Below are positions 41,198 through 51,555 of a DNA stretch of 64,000 bases, piece after piece. Within the stretch, counting starts at the first letter, position 1. Each line of letters opens with the position of its first letter. The stretch comes from Candidatus Latescibacterota bacterium (GTDB lineage: Bacteria > Latescibacterota > UBA2968 > GCA-2709665). The stretch is from contig OZ250150.1 of NCBI GenBank assembly GCA_965237675.1, positions 4,128,001 to 4,192,000 on the forward strand, read 5' to 3'. The notes under the pieces are model-generated. The model worked only from the letters and a program-made list of their open reading frames with translations. It ran no database searches and was not told the DNA's origin. The translations under genes and the position numbers were made by a program.

Positions 41198-42277
41198 TCA
41201 ACCACCTTCGATACGACGTGTCTGCAAGACCATCAACTGCCCCACGGGGTTTTCGATTGCCCCCAGGGGACGCTGTTTTTCGTCCGACCAGATGTTGTTT
41301 GCCGTGATGTACAGGTGCCCGTCCGCCAATTTGCTATAACACATCTGGGGATATCGTTGCTGAGAAACCTCGGGAATCAGCAGGTCAAAGGTATCGCTTT
41401 CCGGGTGATAGGCGATAAACCGGTCCATAAAATGGTAAGGAAATCCGTCCACGCCGGTGTATGGATCGTCTTTTAGCTGAATATACGCTCCGGTCTCCTC
41501 GTCGTACCGGAATCCCGAATCGTACGTGCTCAAATTGTTCAACTGCCACCCCTGGTAAAAGACGCCGCCGCCTATGAACCCGAAATCCTCCTTCCATCCC
41601 GGCACGACCCGATCATATGTCTCTCCCGTCTGCCGGTCCAGTCGGAACAGACGACCCTCCTTGTAATTCACGACATATCGCTCGGCCCGCCCACCGGGTC
41701 GTGTCGGTGGAATCCGCTGCGCGTCTTCCGCCAGAAACTGGCGCACTTCAGGATCGTAGTAAACGCGGCGCTGCAAGCCGTCAGAACCGGGAACCCCAAA
41801 AACCTCCAGCCGCTCGGGCCAATCCAGCTCGATGATTTGTGGCAACACGCCGGGTTCCGGATATGGCATGACCTCCCCGTGGTCCGCCTCAACGTCCCAT
41901 ACAACCAGACATGGCCTCGACCGCTCCGGCATATACAGGACGTTACGCGCCTTATCCGCGTGACCATACCAGAGATTCGCCTTCGGAAACGGCTTGTCGA
42001 CGCGGTACACCCGCTCCTCCGCGACGTCGAGAACCGTCAGTTTCTCGTTCCTCTGCGGCAGAACATAGACCTTACCTCCGGCGCACAGGCATTGGCTTCC
42101 CCCATGTTTTTCAGGGATCGGAAACGTGTCGATCACCCCTTTTTCCGGCAAGTACCGGTGGAGCGCCGGCAGACTGCCCGTAAACCAGAGCGCACCGCAT
42201 TCGTCATCATCGATCCCGTACACCCTCGTATTCTCCGCATCCACCCAAACCGAATACATCCTCGGCAAATCAGGCAT
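41198..42277 (-). CDS. Hypothetical protein, possibly beta-propeller
   Basis: 359-aa ORF with RBS-like context and repeated aromatic beta-strand pattern; no recognised family. Confidence 0.6.
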   Translation of the reverse strand: MPDLPRMYSVWVDAENTRVYGIDDDECGALWFTGSLPALHRYLPEKGVIDTFPIPEKHGGSQCLCAGGKVYVLPQRNEKLTVLDVAEERVYRVDKPFPKANLWYGHADKARNVLYMPERSRPCLVVWDVEADHGEVMPYPEPGVLPQIIELDWPERLEVFGVPGSDGLQRRVYYDPEVRQFLAEDAQRIPPTRPGGRAERYVVNYKEGRLFRLDRQTGETYDRVVPGWKEDFGFIGGGVFYQGWQLNNLSTYDSGFRYDEETGAYIQLKDDPYTGVDGFPYHFMDRFIAYHPESDTFDLLIPEVSQQRYPQMCYSKLADGHLYITANNIWSDEKQRPLGAIENPVGQLMVLQTRRIEGG

Positions 42278-42396
42278 CTCTGTCCTCGATCCAGTTGAAC
42301 TCCCGGATGGGCATCCCGTGACGCTCGGCCCGCCGCCAATCCGACGGACGACAAACCCTCATCGGCGTTTCGGCCTGCGAGTACTCCCGATTCGGC

Positions 42397-42424
42397 TTGA
42401 CATTCGTGTATTAGTAGGTACCAT
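42397..42424 (+). promoter_or_regulatory. Putative sigma70 promoter of the FGGY kinase operon
   Basis: TTGACA, 16-nt spacer, TACCAT; overlaps an opposite-strand TTGACA at 42439-42434. Confidence 0.5.
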
Positions 42425-42534
42425 TGCGCCATCTGTCAACGGGTATTTCCACACCTCGACCATCCCCTTATACGCTGCGCGGAATCGGTACCGACCTCGG
42501 CCCGCATCTTCCACTGCAGGCTGCCTTACCTGAA

Positions 42535-44067
42535 ATGATGTCCCCCAGTCCTTTATTGGCCGGCATCGACGTCGGCACCACGAACATCAAGGCGCTCGTC
42601 TTTGATACGGCTGGCCAAGTGAAGGCCGCCGCCAGTGTGCCAACACCCACGCACTATCCTCGCCCCGGCTGGGCATACCACGAACCGGAAGAACTCTGGA
42701 CATACACATTGACCGTGTTGCGCGACGCGGCGTCACAACTGCGTGATACGGAGCAAGTCTCCAGTATAGCCGTTTCGAGTATGGCCGAGTCCGGGGTACC
42801 CCTTGATGCCGGGGGCCGACCCACTGCGGAAATCATCGCCTGGTTCGACGGACGGACCTCACCACAGGCCGCGTGGCTGGAACAGGCCATCGGCCGCGGC
42901 CGCATCTACACGCTGACAGGGTTGCCGCTCAGGCCCATTTTCGGTCTGTGCAAAATGCTCTGGCTGAAAGAAAACGATCCGGAGGCCTTCGCAAGAACCG
43001 TCTCCTGGCTGAACGTTGCCGACTACATCGCGTTTCGACTCTGCGGCGAAAAGGGTACGGATTACTCGCTGGCTTCGCGGACGCTGGCTTTTGACCTGCA
43101 CCGGAGGGACTGGCATACGGGCCTGATCGAGGAGGCAGGTGTTTCACGCGGTCTGTTTGCGCCGGCATTGCCGTCAGGCACGCCCCTCGCACGCATCCTT
43201 CCAGAAGTCGCACGAACAACCGGACTGCCCATCGGCGTGCAGGTCGCTACGGGCGGCCACGACCACGTGTGCGGGGCCCTGGCCGTAGGCGCCACCGAAC
43301 CCGATACCCTGCTCAATTCTCTGGGCACGGCCGAGGCACTCTGCATTGCCGGCCGGCACCCCTGGCTCAGCACCGAAATCGCCGAACAGGGATACACCAC
43401 CGGTGCTCACGTAGCGCCCGATCGCTTCTACGTTCTCGGCGGAATCTACACATCCGGCGCATCCGTCGAGTGGATACGCAATCTTCTTGGCGACAACGTA
43501 GACTACGACACCCTCGTCGCCGAAGCCGAATCGGCCCCGCCGGGAAGCCTGGGCGTCCACTTCCAGCCCCATCTGCGCCTGGGTAATCCGCCGCACGACG
43601 ATCCCGCCTCCCGGGGGGCGTTTATCGGCCTCACCGCCGACGTGACCCGCGGGATCCTGTTTCGGTCAGTGCTGGAGGGGCTGGCCTATGAGTGCCGTCT
43701 CTGCTTCGAAGCCATCACGTCCCACCCGGAAATCGACCGGCCGAAACGCATCGTGGCTATTGGCGGGAACACACGCAACCGACTCCTCATGCAAATAAAG
43801 AGTTCGGTATTCAATCAAAAAATCTCGATAGCGGACGTGGAAGAGTCCGCCGCCCTGGGCGCCGCTGTCCTGGGCGGTCTGGCCGCCGGCGTCTATGCAA
43901 ACATTGAAGCTGCCAGGCACGAATTGTGTTTTGGCAGCCGGACCGTAGATCCGGCCGGCGAGCATGTTGACATTTACGAAACGAACTATCAGACCGTATA
44001 TCGAGAGGTATTTCCGACGCTTCAAACCTTGCACCACAACGTAAGAGCGATTCACAATCCGGGCTGA
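42535..44067 (+). CDS. FGGY-family carbohydrate kinase (xylulokinase-like)
   Basis: GIDVGTTNIK, WFDGRT, GGHDH, SLGTAE, LEGLAY, ALGAA. Confidence 0.93.
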   Translation: MMSPSPLLAGIDVGTTNIKALVFDTAGQVKAAASVPTPTHYPRPGWAYHEPEELWTYTLTVLRDAASQLRDTEQVSSIAVSSMAESGVPLDAGGRPTAEIIAWFDGRTSPQAAWLEQAIGRGRIYTLTGLPLRPIFGLCKMLWLKENDPEAFARTVSWLNVADYIAFRLCGEKGTDYSLASRTLAFDLHRRDWHTGLIEEAGVSRGLFAPALPSGTPLARILPEVARTTGLPIGVQVATGGHDHVCGALAVGATEPDTLLNSLGTAEALCIAGRHPWLSTEIAEQGYTTGAHVAPDRFYVLGGIYTSGASVEWIRNLLGDNVDYDTLVAEAESAPPGSLGVHFQPHLRLGNPPHDDPASRGAFIGLTADVTRGILFRSVLEGLAYECRLCFEAITSHPEIDRPKRIVAIGGNTRNRLLMQIKSSVFNQKISIADVEESAALGAAVLGGLAAGVYANIEAARHELCFGSRTVDPAGEHVDIYETNYQTVYREVFPTLQTLHHNVRAIHNPG

Positions 44068-44154
44068 ATGCCCGGGAATCCGCTGCCGGGTCCCGATGTG
44101 TCGCCGCGCCGTTAGCTGGCGACGTTACTGGAAGGTCCTCTCCAGGGAGTCCAT

Positions 44155-45141
44155 ATGCACACGGTCACATTCGGCATTGCGGGCTACGGCGGCATTGCCC
44201 TCTTTCATACGCGCGCGCTGAAGCAGATCGAGGGCGTTCGCCTTCGAACCGTCGCGGGGCGCAGAGCAGAGCCCGCTGAATCATTCATGGCGAAATGGGG
44301 CTTTGAAAAGGCCACCACCCGGTACGAAGACTTACTCACCGATCGAATGATCGACGCCGTCGTTATCGCCTCCCCCAGCGAGATGCACTACGAACAGACA
44401 CGAATGGCTCTGGAAGCCGGTAAAGACGTTCTGGTTGAAATTCCCATGGCGCTCTCCCACAAAGGCGCCGCTGAGATTACCGGCATGGCCAGAAAATGCG
44501 GCCGCAAACTTCTGGTTGCCCATACCCGCCGTTTCAACCGAGTGGGCCGGTTCACGAGGGATTTTATCGGGGCCGGCAAAGGAGGTCAAATACACCAACA
44601 CCAAATGCATGAGTTCCAACTGCGGCACGAAAACGTCGGTTGGACCGGTTATCGGCGGAGTTGGACTGATGATATTCTATTCCACCACGGCTGCCACGTT
44701 CTCGATTTCTCCCTCTGGACCATCGACGAACCCGTCCGCCGCATTCGCGGGGAACTCAGCCCCCTTCATTCTGGAACAGGCACCTCCCTCGACGTGAGCA
44801 TGCTGCTTCGGTACACTTCGGAAACCATCGCCGCTCTCAGTCTTTCATACAATGCTCGAAACGGCGTCAACGCCAACATCTACATATGTGATGCGGGTAC
44901 CCTTATCGTCTCAGCAAACAATGTCACACTTAACGGAAAGACTCTGTTTGAAAGCAACGACACCCTCGCCGACGACGTCCTGGCCCAAAATTCCGAATTC
45001 ATCGATTCGATACGTAAGGACACCCCCCCAAGCTGTAGCGCAGAACATGCCCTGAACGCATTGGATTTGCTCCAGCAGGTATATGACCAGTCCATCACGA
45101 TGGAGAGCGAAGAGAAATACAAACGCATGTGGGAAATCTAA
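44155..45141 (+). CDS. Gfo/Idh/MocA family oxidoreductase
   Basis: GIAGYGGIA, DAVVIASP, LVEIPMA, HHGCHVLD. Confidence 0.9.
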   Translation: MHTVTFGIAGYGGIALFHTRALKQIEGVRLRTVAGRRAEPAESFMAKWGFEKATTRYEDLLTDRMIDAVVIASPSEMHYEQTRMALEAGKDVLVEIPMALSHKGAAEITGMARKCGRKLLVAHTRRFNRVGRFTRDFIGAGKGGQIHQHQMHEFQLRHENVGWTGYRRSWTDDILFHHGCHVLDFSLWTIDEPVRRIRGELSPLHSGTGTSLDVSMLLRYTSETIAALSLSYNARNGVNANIYICDAGTLIVSANNVTLNGKTLFESNDTLADDVLAQNSEFIDSIRKDTPPSCSAEHALNALDLLQQVYDQSITMESEEKYKRMWEI

Positions 45142-45497
45142 CCGCCCGACGTTGCATTCCTGGCTTCAGACAGGGACTCTGGCCTGGGCGGTGCGAAGAC
45201 ATCGATCACGAGACTGTCCTCCAGCACCCTCGACCGATGGCGCTCCTCCGGGGCAAAACGGAAAAACGTCCCGGCCTCGAACAGATAACGCCTTTCCCGT
45301 TCCCCCACGAAAAATTCAATACGCCCCCGAATCACGTAACCCATTTGTTCTTCCGGATGCCGGTGTGCGCCGAACTCCGCCCCTGCTTTGACCTCGTACC
45401 GGGTAACCATCAGATTTTCTCCGCTCACCGTCCGACGTACCGCCAGATCCGAAAGCGAGTTCAATGGGATTTCACTATCTTTCACAACCAGAGCCAT
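45138..45497 (-). CDS. Cupin domain protein
   Basis: HRHPEEQMGYVIRG...H...DVFAPPR. Confidence 0.88.
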   Translation of the reverse strand: MALVVKDSEIPLNSLSDLAVRRTVSGENLMVTRYEVKAGAEFGAHRHPEEQMGYVIRGRIEFFVGERERRYLFEAGTFFRFAPEERHRSRVLEDSLVIDVFAPPRPESLSEARNATSGG

Positions 45498-45587
45498 TTA
45501 CATAATTCCTTTCTGTAATTAGATTAATGCGTTTCGTCCGACATAGGTGGTTTCTCAGCGAAACACGGAAACCGGCCGCGTTCCTGG

Positions 45588-46136
45588 CTACACCACCATT
45601 TCAATCAACCCCACACTCTTTTTGTCCATTGCGAAAAGGTCAGCCACCTCAAACCGGTTGCCATCCACGTCCAGAATCATCAGACGCCTGTCACCCAACC
45701 ACTGGGCGTTTTCGGCCACGTTTTTAGCGATGAATTCCCTCCTGCCCCGGTCGGTACTCACATCCCAGTAGGAGACACCGTATTCATTGCGAATCGAATG
45801 GACTCGCTCAACTCGGGAAGTCAGGTAGCGGCGCGCAAGTTCCTCCCGAATAATGGCCTGGTTCTTCACAGTCAACAGATGGAGGTCATCCACCATGCAG
45901 ATGACCTCGTCCTTTTCATCCAGAAAACAGATGTACCGGTCCGGTTCGGACAGAGGCGCCGCGCGTACAATCTTGACCTTGAGATACGAGCGATCACCCA
46001 TAATTGTCATCCGCAGACGCCACGCCGGTTTCCTGAACAGCCGGATTTTCTCGGAATTCACGTCGTCCGGATGCGGCACTTCAATGTGCGTGGGTTTCCA
46101 GTCGCCCGGTTCCCCGGGATCCGTGCTCGTGTGCAA
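45588..46136 (-). CDS. DUF1854 domain protein
   Basis: RAAPLSEPDRYI, EELARRY, YWDVSTDRG, DVDGNRF; abuts the ABC gene. Confidence 0.85.
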   Translation of the reverse strand: MHTSTDPGEPGDWKPTHIEVPHPDDVNSEKIRLFRKPAWRLRMTIMGDRSYLKVKIVRAAPLSEPDRYICFLDEKDEVICMVDDLHLLTVKNQAIIREELARRYLTSRVERVHSIRNEYGVSYWDVSTDRGRREFIAKNVAENAQWLGDRRLMILDVDGNRFEVADLFAMDKKSVGLIEMVV

Positions 46137-46139
46137 TGC

Positions 46140-48374
46140 TCAATCCCTTCCCGGATCGTCCCTGCCGCCGCCTACGGCCATCACTGCCGTTGTCTCCTGC
46201 TGGCGCTTCACCAGACGATGAAATATACCCTTCCGAGCCATCAATTCCAAGTGGGTCCCCACTTCGGCCACCCTGCCTTCGTCCAGCACCACGAGCCGGT
46301 CCGCGCTACGAAGTGTGGAGAGCCGATGTGCAATCGCAAAGGTCGTCCGTCCCTCGACAAGCCGCGAGATTGCCTTCTGTATCTTCCGCTCCGTCTGCGT
46401 GTCCAACGAAGAGGTCGCCTCATCCAGAATCAGAATTCGAGGATCGTGAAGAATGGCGCGGGCGATTGAAATCCGTTGTCTTTCGCCGCCCGAGAGTTTC
46501 CCTCCCTTCTCCCCCACCTTCATATCGTACCCATCCGGCTTTTGAACGATGAACTCGTGAGCCTCGGCCGCAGCGGCCGCCCGGGCCACTTGGCCGAATG
46601 TCGCATCGGGCTTTCCATAAGCGATATTCTCGGCAATCGTCGCATCAAAAAGAAACGGCTCCTGCTGAACCATGCCGATCTGGGATCTCAGGTCTTCCAG
46701 CCGGATCTCCCGCATCTCCAACCCGTCGATTTCAATACGCCCTCGATCCGGTTCGTAGAACCGGCAGATCAGATTGATCAATGTAGATTTGCCCGAGCCA
46801 GACCTGCCCACGAGACCGATCATCTCCCCGGGCTTCACGTCGAGATCAATGCCCTTCAGCACAGGCTTGCCCCGGTCGTACCCGAAAACCACATTCTGGA
46901 ATGTTATCCGCCCCTCGACCCGCTGCAACCGTACCGCATCAGTCGCCGCGCACGGCTCCGATCTGGAATCCACGACCTCAAAAATCCGCTCGGCACCGGC
47001 AAACGCACGCAACATAATATTGTAGATTTCGCCAAACCAGCGCAAGGGGTGGTACAACATCCAGAGATAGCTGATGAAGGCTACCAGAGCGCCCAACGTC
47101 ATCTCACCGCCCAGAATCTGACGACCGCCAATATACCACACCAGGAATACTCCGCAACTCATCAGAAAATTCGTCACCGTAAAAAACACGAACCAATTCC
47201 GCTCAGCAGCCACACTTACCGCGCGCAGGTCCTCATTCCGTTCATCGAATCGCTCGCTTTCCCGGGACTCCTGCGCAAATGCCTTCACCACCCGGATGCC
47301 GTTAATGGACTCGCTCAAGTGAGACGAAAGCCGGGACCACCTGGCGCCCCACCGGGTCCAGTGGCGCATCATGCGCTTCCAGATACGACTGCCGACCGCG
47401 ACAATCGGGGCAATGGGCAACAAGACAAATAGCGTCAATTCCCAGTTTGTTACCAGCAGAAGACTCAGAATCCCGATAAACAGCAGCAGCTTCGACAGGG
47501 AAAAAGGAAGATCGGACGCCAGAAACCCCTCCAGCCTGTCCGAATCATTCGACATCCTGGAGATAAGACTGCCGATCGTTCGACGATCGTAAAACCCCAG
47601 CGGCAAAAACTGCAGTTTCCTATAAAGATCCGACCGAATTTCCTGCACGCCCCCGTGCCCCAGCCTCTGGACTAACCATTCCGTACTCACCGAAGCCGCC
47701 CACAACAGCAAGCGTACCGCCAGCAGTCCAAGCACCAGCCAGACCAACAGGCTGAAATTGCCACGGGGCGTTAGCACATCGTCGATGATGTGCTGCGTGA
47801 TCTTGGGTGGCGAAAGTTCCAATGCAGCCGTCGCCAGCGTCAGCAGGATCACAGAGACAAGACGCCACCGCTGTGGCGTCAGATATCGCAGAAGACGGAG
47901 AAACGTATGCCATTTCTTAATGCAGGCCGCGCAGATTCCGTTCATCTCCGGCAATAGGCGTCCACACCTGTCACACCGCGCCCGCTCCCCCTGTTCCGGC
48001 AGAGACAGGTCATCGCCCTCTGACAGCTAGCGAATGCCTTCGGCCACCTCGGCGAATTTCGGTATCAATGACTGGGAATACGGCAAATAGAGCGGCCCTT
48101 CTCCCCGCCGGTCCACTACCAGGCAACCACCGCCCACCAATTCTTCGGTCCTCACGCCCGCCACCTCCGCCATCGGCACCACCACCGTCCCGTCCTCGCC
48201 ATCGCCAGGAACCACCACCAGTCGTTTCTCCGTCACCACCAACCATTGCCGGCCGTATTGCCAGTTCGATGACAGGTCCGACGACACCTGTATCAGCGCA
48301 GGCTCATCCTCCGGGCCTTCTCTGCCAAGCTTCTCAGATACGGCTTCTGGCAAGGTTTCATTGAACGCTTCCAT
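46140..48374 (-). pseudogene. ABC exporter (N-terminal soluble domain + C4 zinc ribbon + TMD + NBD) interrupted by one in-frame TAG at 48029-48027
   Basis: ORFs 48027..48374 and 46140..47954 are in the same frame: AEGIR*LSEGDDLSLPEQGERARCDRCGRLLPEMNGICAAC aligns with the paralog's ARGIEQLRTAQ...RCETCGRLMPEKNGICPAC. Joined length 744 aa versus 742 aa. Confidence 0.85.
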
Positions 48375-48472
48375 CCGGCACTCCGATACAATCCAGGTAG
48401 ACCCAGGGCACGCGTAGGATCAAGCGGTGAGCGCGCCTTGAACAACGGACAGAATCCTCCCCACGCTCCTTA

Positions 48473-50701
48473 CTACTCCTTCACAGCGATAATCTCCGAC
48501 ACCTCCTGCTGCAACCGCATCAGATTGTAGAATATACCCTTCTTCGAGACCAGTTCCCGATGCGTGCCGACTTCCACAATCCGCCCGCCATCCAGCACCA
48601 CCAGCCGATCTGCATTCCGAAGCGTGGACAGCCGGTGCGCAATCGCAAAGGTCGTCCTGCCGCGCACCAGGCGGGACACCGCTTCCTGAATTTGAACCTC
48701 CGTCTGAACGTCCACGCTGGAGGTCGCCTCATCCAGAATCAATATCCTAGGATCGTGCAAAATCGCTCGGGCAAGGGACACCCGCTGTTTCTCTCCTCCT
48801 GAAAGATTTCCACCTCGCTCTCCCACGTCAGTATCGTATCCATCCGGCTTGGACACGATAAAACGATGGGCATTGGCCGCCTTTCCCGCCTCCATGATCT
48901 CATCAAGACTCGCGTCTGGCTTGCCGTATCCGATATTCTCTGCAATGGTTCCGCTGAACAGAAAGGGCTCCTGCAGGACAATGCCGATCTGGGCTCGCAG
49001 ATCCTCCAGCCGAAGTTTCCGGATATCCACGCCGTCGATCTCGATGGCTCCTCGATCGACGTCGTAAAATCTGCAAATCAGGTTCACAGCGGTGGTTTTG
49101 CCGACACTCGACTTGCCCACAAGTCCGATCATCTCACCCGGTTTGACGTCCAGCTCGATCTCGTGCAGCACGGGTTTGGATCTGTCATATCCAAAGGTCA
49201 CGTCTCTGAACCGCACCCGGCCTACCATCTCAGGAATGGGGGTCGCGCGGGGGTCCTCATAAGCTTCCGGCGGTGTATCGATGACCTCGAAGATGCGCTC
49301 GGCCCCCACGAAGGCACGTGTCATCCAGTTATTGACCATTCCAAACCACTGCAACGGACCGTAAAGCAACCACATATAACTATAAAACGCCATCAGCGCG
49401 CCCAGCGTCAGCTCACCGCCCAGCACCTGCTGACCGCCCAAAAACCAGACAATCAATACGCCCAGACCGGTCAGGAAATTCGTTGTGGCCCAAAAAACCG
49501 CCCAGCTTGTTTCCGCCCGCACCGCCCTCCCTGTGAGTTCCCGGTTGCGCCGCTCAAACACGCCAATCTCGCGCTTCTCCTGTGCAAAGGCCTTCACCAC
49601 CCGAATGCCGGACAAGGCTTCGTTGACACGAGCCATCAATTCCGACCAGCTTTTGGACCACTTGCCAAAAAACTTGCGCATTTGTTTCCAGCAGACAACA
49701 GCTCCCATTACGACCAGCGGCACGGGAATCAGCACATACAGCGTCAACCTCCAGTTCATTACCAGCAACGCTACCACAATGCCCAGAAGCATCAGGCTGT
49801 TGATGACGAGATAAGGCAACCCGTCCACCAGAAAATCCTGCAAACGTCCGCTGTCCCGGGTCACACGAGACATCAGCGCTCCGACCTGGCGCTTATCGTA
49901 AAACTGAAGCGACAGCAATTCCAGGGACAGGTAAAGCTGGCTTCGAATGTCCGCCGTCACTCTCGCGCTCAACCAGGTCACCGTCCACCCGTGCATCCAT
50001 TCCGCCCCCCAGGCGAGTATCCGCACAACCACAAGGGCGAGCACCAGCAGCGCCAACAGGTCCACCCGATCTCCAGCCGGTGAAGGCTCATCGGGCACCA
50101 GCACGTCATCCACGATGAGCCGGGTAATCTGAGGCGGAATCAGCTCTGCTGCCGTTGTCAAAACGGATGCGACCGCGAGCAGAGCCGCGCGGCCCTTGTA
50201 GGGTGACAGATACGTGGCGATTCGAGCCAGTGTATCCATCCGATTCAGGCAGGCAGGACAGATCCCGTTCTTCTCCGGCATCAGGCGGCCGCACGTCTCG
50301 CATCGGGTCCGGTCCAGAGCCATACGCACCATAAACGGCTGCGCGGTCCGGAGTTGCTCGATGCCGCGGGCTACCTCCGAGAATTTCTGCGCCTGCGTTT
50401 GGGAATAGGGGACACACACTGTTGGCCGTGCCTCGCGCTCGATCTCCAGCCGCGCGCCACCCACCAGGGCGTCCGTACCGGCGAGCTTCACATCCTCAAA
50501 CGGAATATTCACCGTGCCTCGAGCGCCTTTCTCCTGCAGCACCAGGATCCGTTTTTCTGTTACGACTACCCATTGAGCGCCAAAATTTCCATCGGCGTCC
50601 AGGTCCGAACACACCTGCATCAACGGGGTTTCGCCCTCGTGCAGCATACCGCGCACACGAGAGGCGATCCCCGTGGGCAGTGTTTCGAGCAATGTGTCCA
50701 T
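48473..50701 (-). CDS. ABC exporter fused TMD-NBD with N-terminal PH-like domain and C4 zinc ribbon
   Basis: CETC-x10-CPAC, TM region, GKSSVGKT, LSGGEKQR, ILDEATS, AHRLST. Confidence 0.93.
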   Translation of the reverse strand: MDTLLETLPTGIASRVRGMLHEGETPLMQVCSDLDADGNFGAQWVVVTEKRILVLQEKGARGTVNIPFEDVKLAGTDALVGGARLEIEREARPTVCVPYSQTQAQKFSEVARGIEQLRTAQPFMVRMALDRTRCETCGRLMPEKNGICPACLNRMDTLARIATYLSPYKGRAALLAVASVLTTAAELIPPQITRLIVDDVLVPDEPSPAGDRVDLLALLVLALVVVRILAWGAEWMHGWTVTWLSARVTADIRSQLYLSLELLSLQFYDKRQVGALMSRVTRDSGRLQDFLVDGLPYLVINSLMLLGIVVALLVMNWRLTLYVLIPVPLVVMGAVVCWKQMRKFFGKWSKSWSELMARVNEALSGIRVVKAFAQEKREIGVFERRNRELTGRAVRAETSWAVFWATTNFLTGLGVLIVWFLGGQQVLGGELTLGALMAFYSYMWLLYGPLQWFGMVNNWMTRAFVGAERIFEVIDTPPEAYEDPRATPIPEMVGRVRFRDVTFGYDRSKPVLHEIELDVKPGEMIGLVGKSSVGKTTAVNLICRFYDVDRGAIEIDGVDIRKLRLEDLRAQIGIVLQEPFLFSGTIAENIGYGKPDASLDEIMEAGKAANAHRFIVSKPDGYDTDVGERGGNLSGGEKQRVSLARAILHDPRILILDEATSSVDVQTEVQIQEAVSRLVRGRTTFAIAHRLSTLRNADRLVVLDGGRIVEVGTHRELVSKKGIFYNLMRLQQEVSEIIAVKE

Positions 50702-50910
50702 AAAACTCGATGCCTCAAAACCACGATATCCACGCGGTCAAAATTCCCGTTCCGGCGAGACCGCGACAGTCACCGGCACGGCCTGCAAGAGGCGTCGACC
50801 ATGGCTTCTCCTCTTGCATGGCCGGAGTACTTATCTCCACCTCACCGAGTTCCAGCCTGCGGGACCTGCAGCCCGGTTTTTTACTGGTACGATCCTCCTC
50901 GCAGGACGAT

Positions 50911-51555
50911 TCATTTCACAAGTTCAATTGTGCCCCAAAGGCTCGGATCGTACGAGACCGGAAGCGGCTCGTCCGCAGTCCAGTACTGCCGCCCGAGTTT
51001 CTGATCTTTCAGGACGTAAGTAAATCCCAACCTTCGGATTTCCTCCGGATCGAACCCTGTCAGCTTCTCTGCCGGCAAATGGACTTCCATACCATATCCG
51101 ATCCCGTGGACCCTGCAGGCCGACGGCAATTCCTCAGGTTCGCACAGCTTCGCGTGCGCGCGGGCGTGCCGGATCCGTACCTGCCCACCTCTTGACTTCC
51201 GCTTGTCTTTACCGGGCAGGAAATAGAAGTGGTGGCAGTACCGGCTTGCCCGGTGTGCGTTCCGAACGTCCCGCGTATCCACCCATATCTGCAATCCATC
51301 CCCCTCCAACGGACGCCGCCCGTCCACCCTCGCAGCAGCCGCTTTCCGAAAATTGGCGAAAAAATAAAGACCTCGCTCGTTCCAGGCCGCATATACGTCG
51401 GCAAATGCCACGCGTCCGTCGATTGCCATCAGGTCCGGCACACGGAACTGTTCGCCCCAATTTTGTAGTTCTCCATCCGTCGACGGCGGCTCTTCCCGAT
51501 ATGGGCACGCCCAGGAGAAATTGAAAAAAGCGCGTCTGGGAATCTCCAGATTCAT
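50911..51555 (-). CDS. CBM9/DOMON-like domain protein
   Basis: VYAAWNERGLYF, GDGLQIWVDTR, YGMEVHLP pattern; ATGA overlap with the upstream gene. Confidence 0.65.
   Translation of the reverse strand: MNLEIPRRAFFNFSWACPYREEPPSTDGELQNWGEQFRVPDLMAIDGRVAFADVYAAWNERGLYFFANFRKAAAARVDGRRPLEGDGLQIWVDTRDVRNAHRASRYCHHFYFLPGKDKRKSRGGQVRIRHARAHAKLCEPEELPSACRVHGIGYGMEVHLPAEKLTGFDPEEIRRLGFTYVLKDQKLGRQYWTADEPLPVSYDPSLWGTIELVK

Noticed and set aside
48027-48029. Genome-wide TAG reassignment or pyrrolysine as the explanation for the in-frame stop
   Set aside because: TAG terminates several conserved genes at their natural ends in this window, and no pyl machinery is visible
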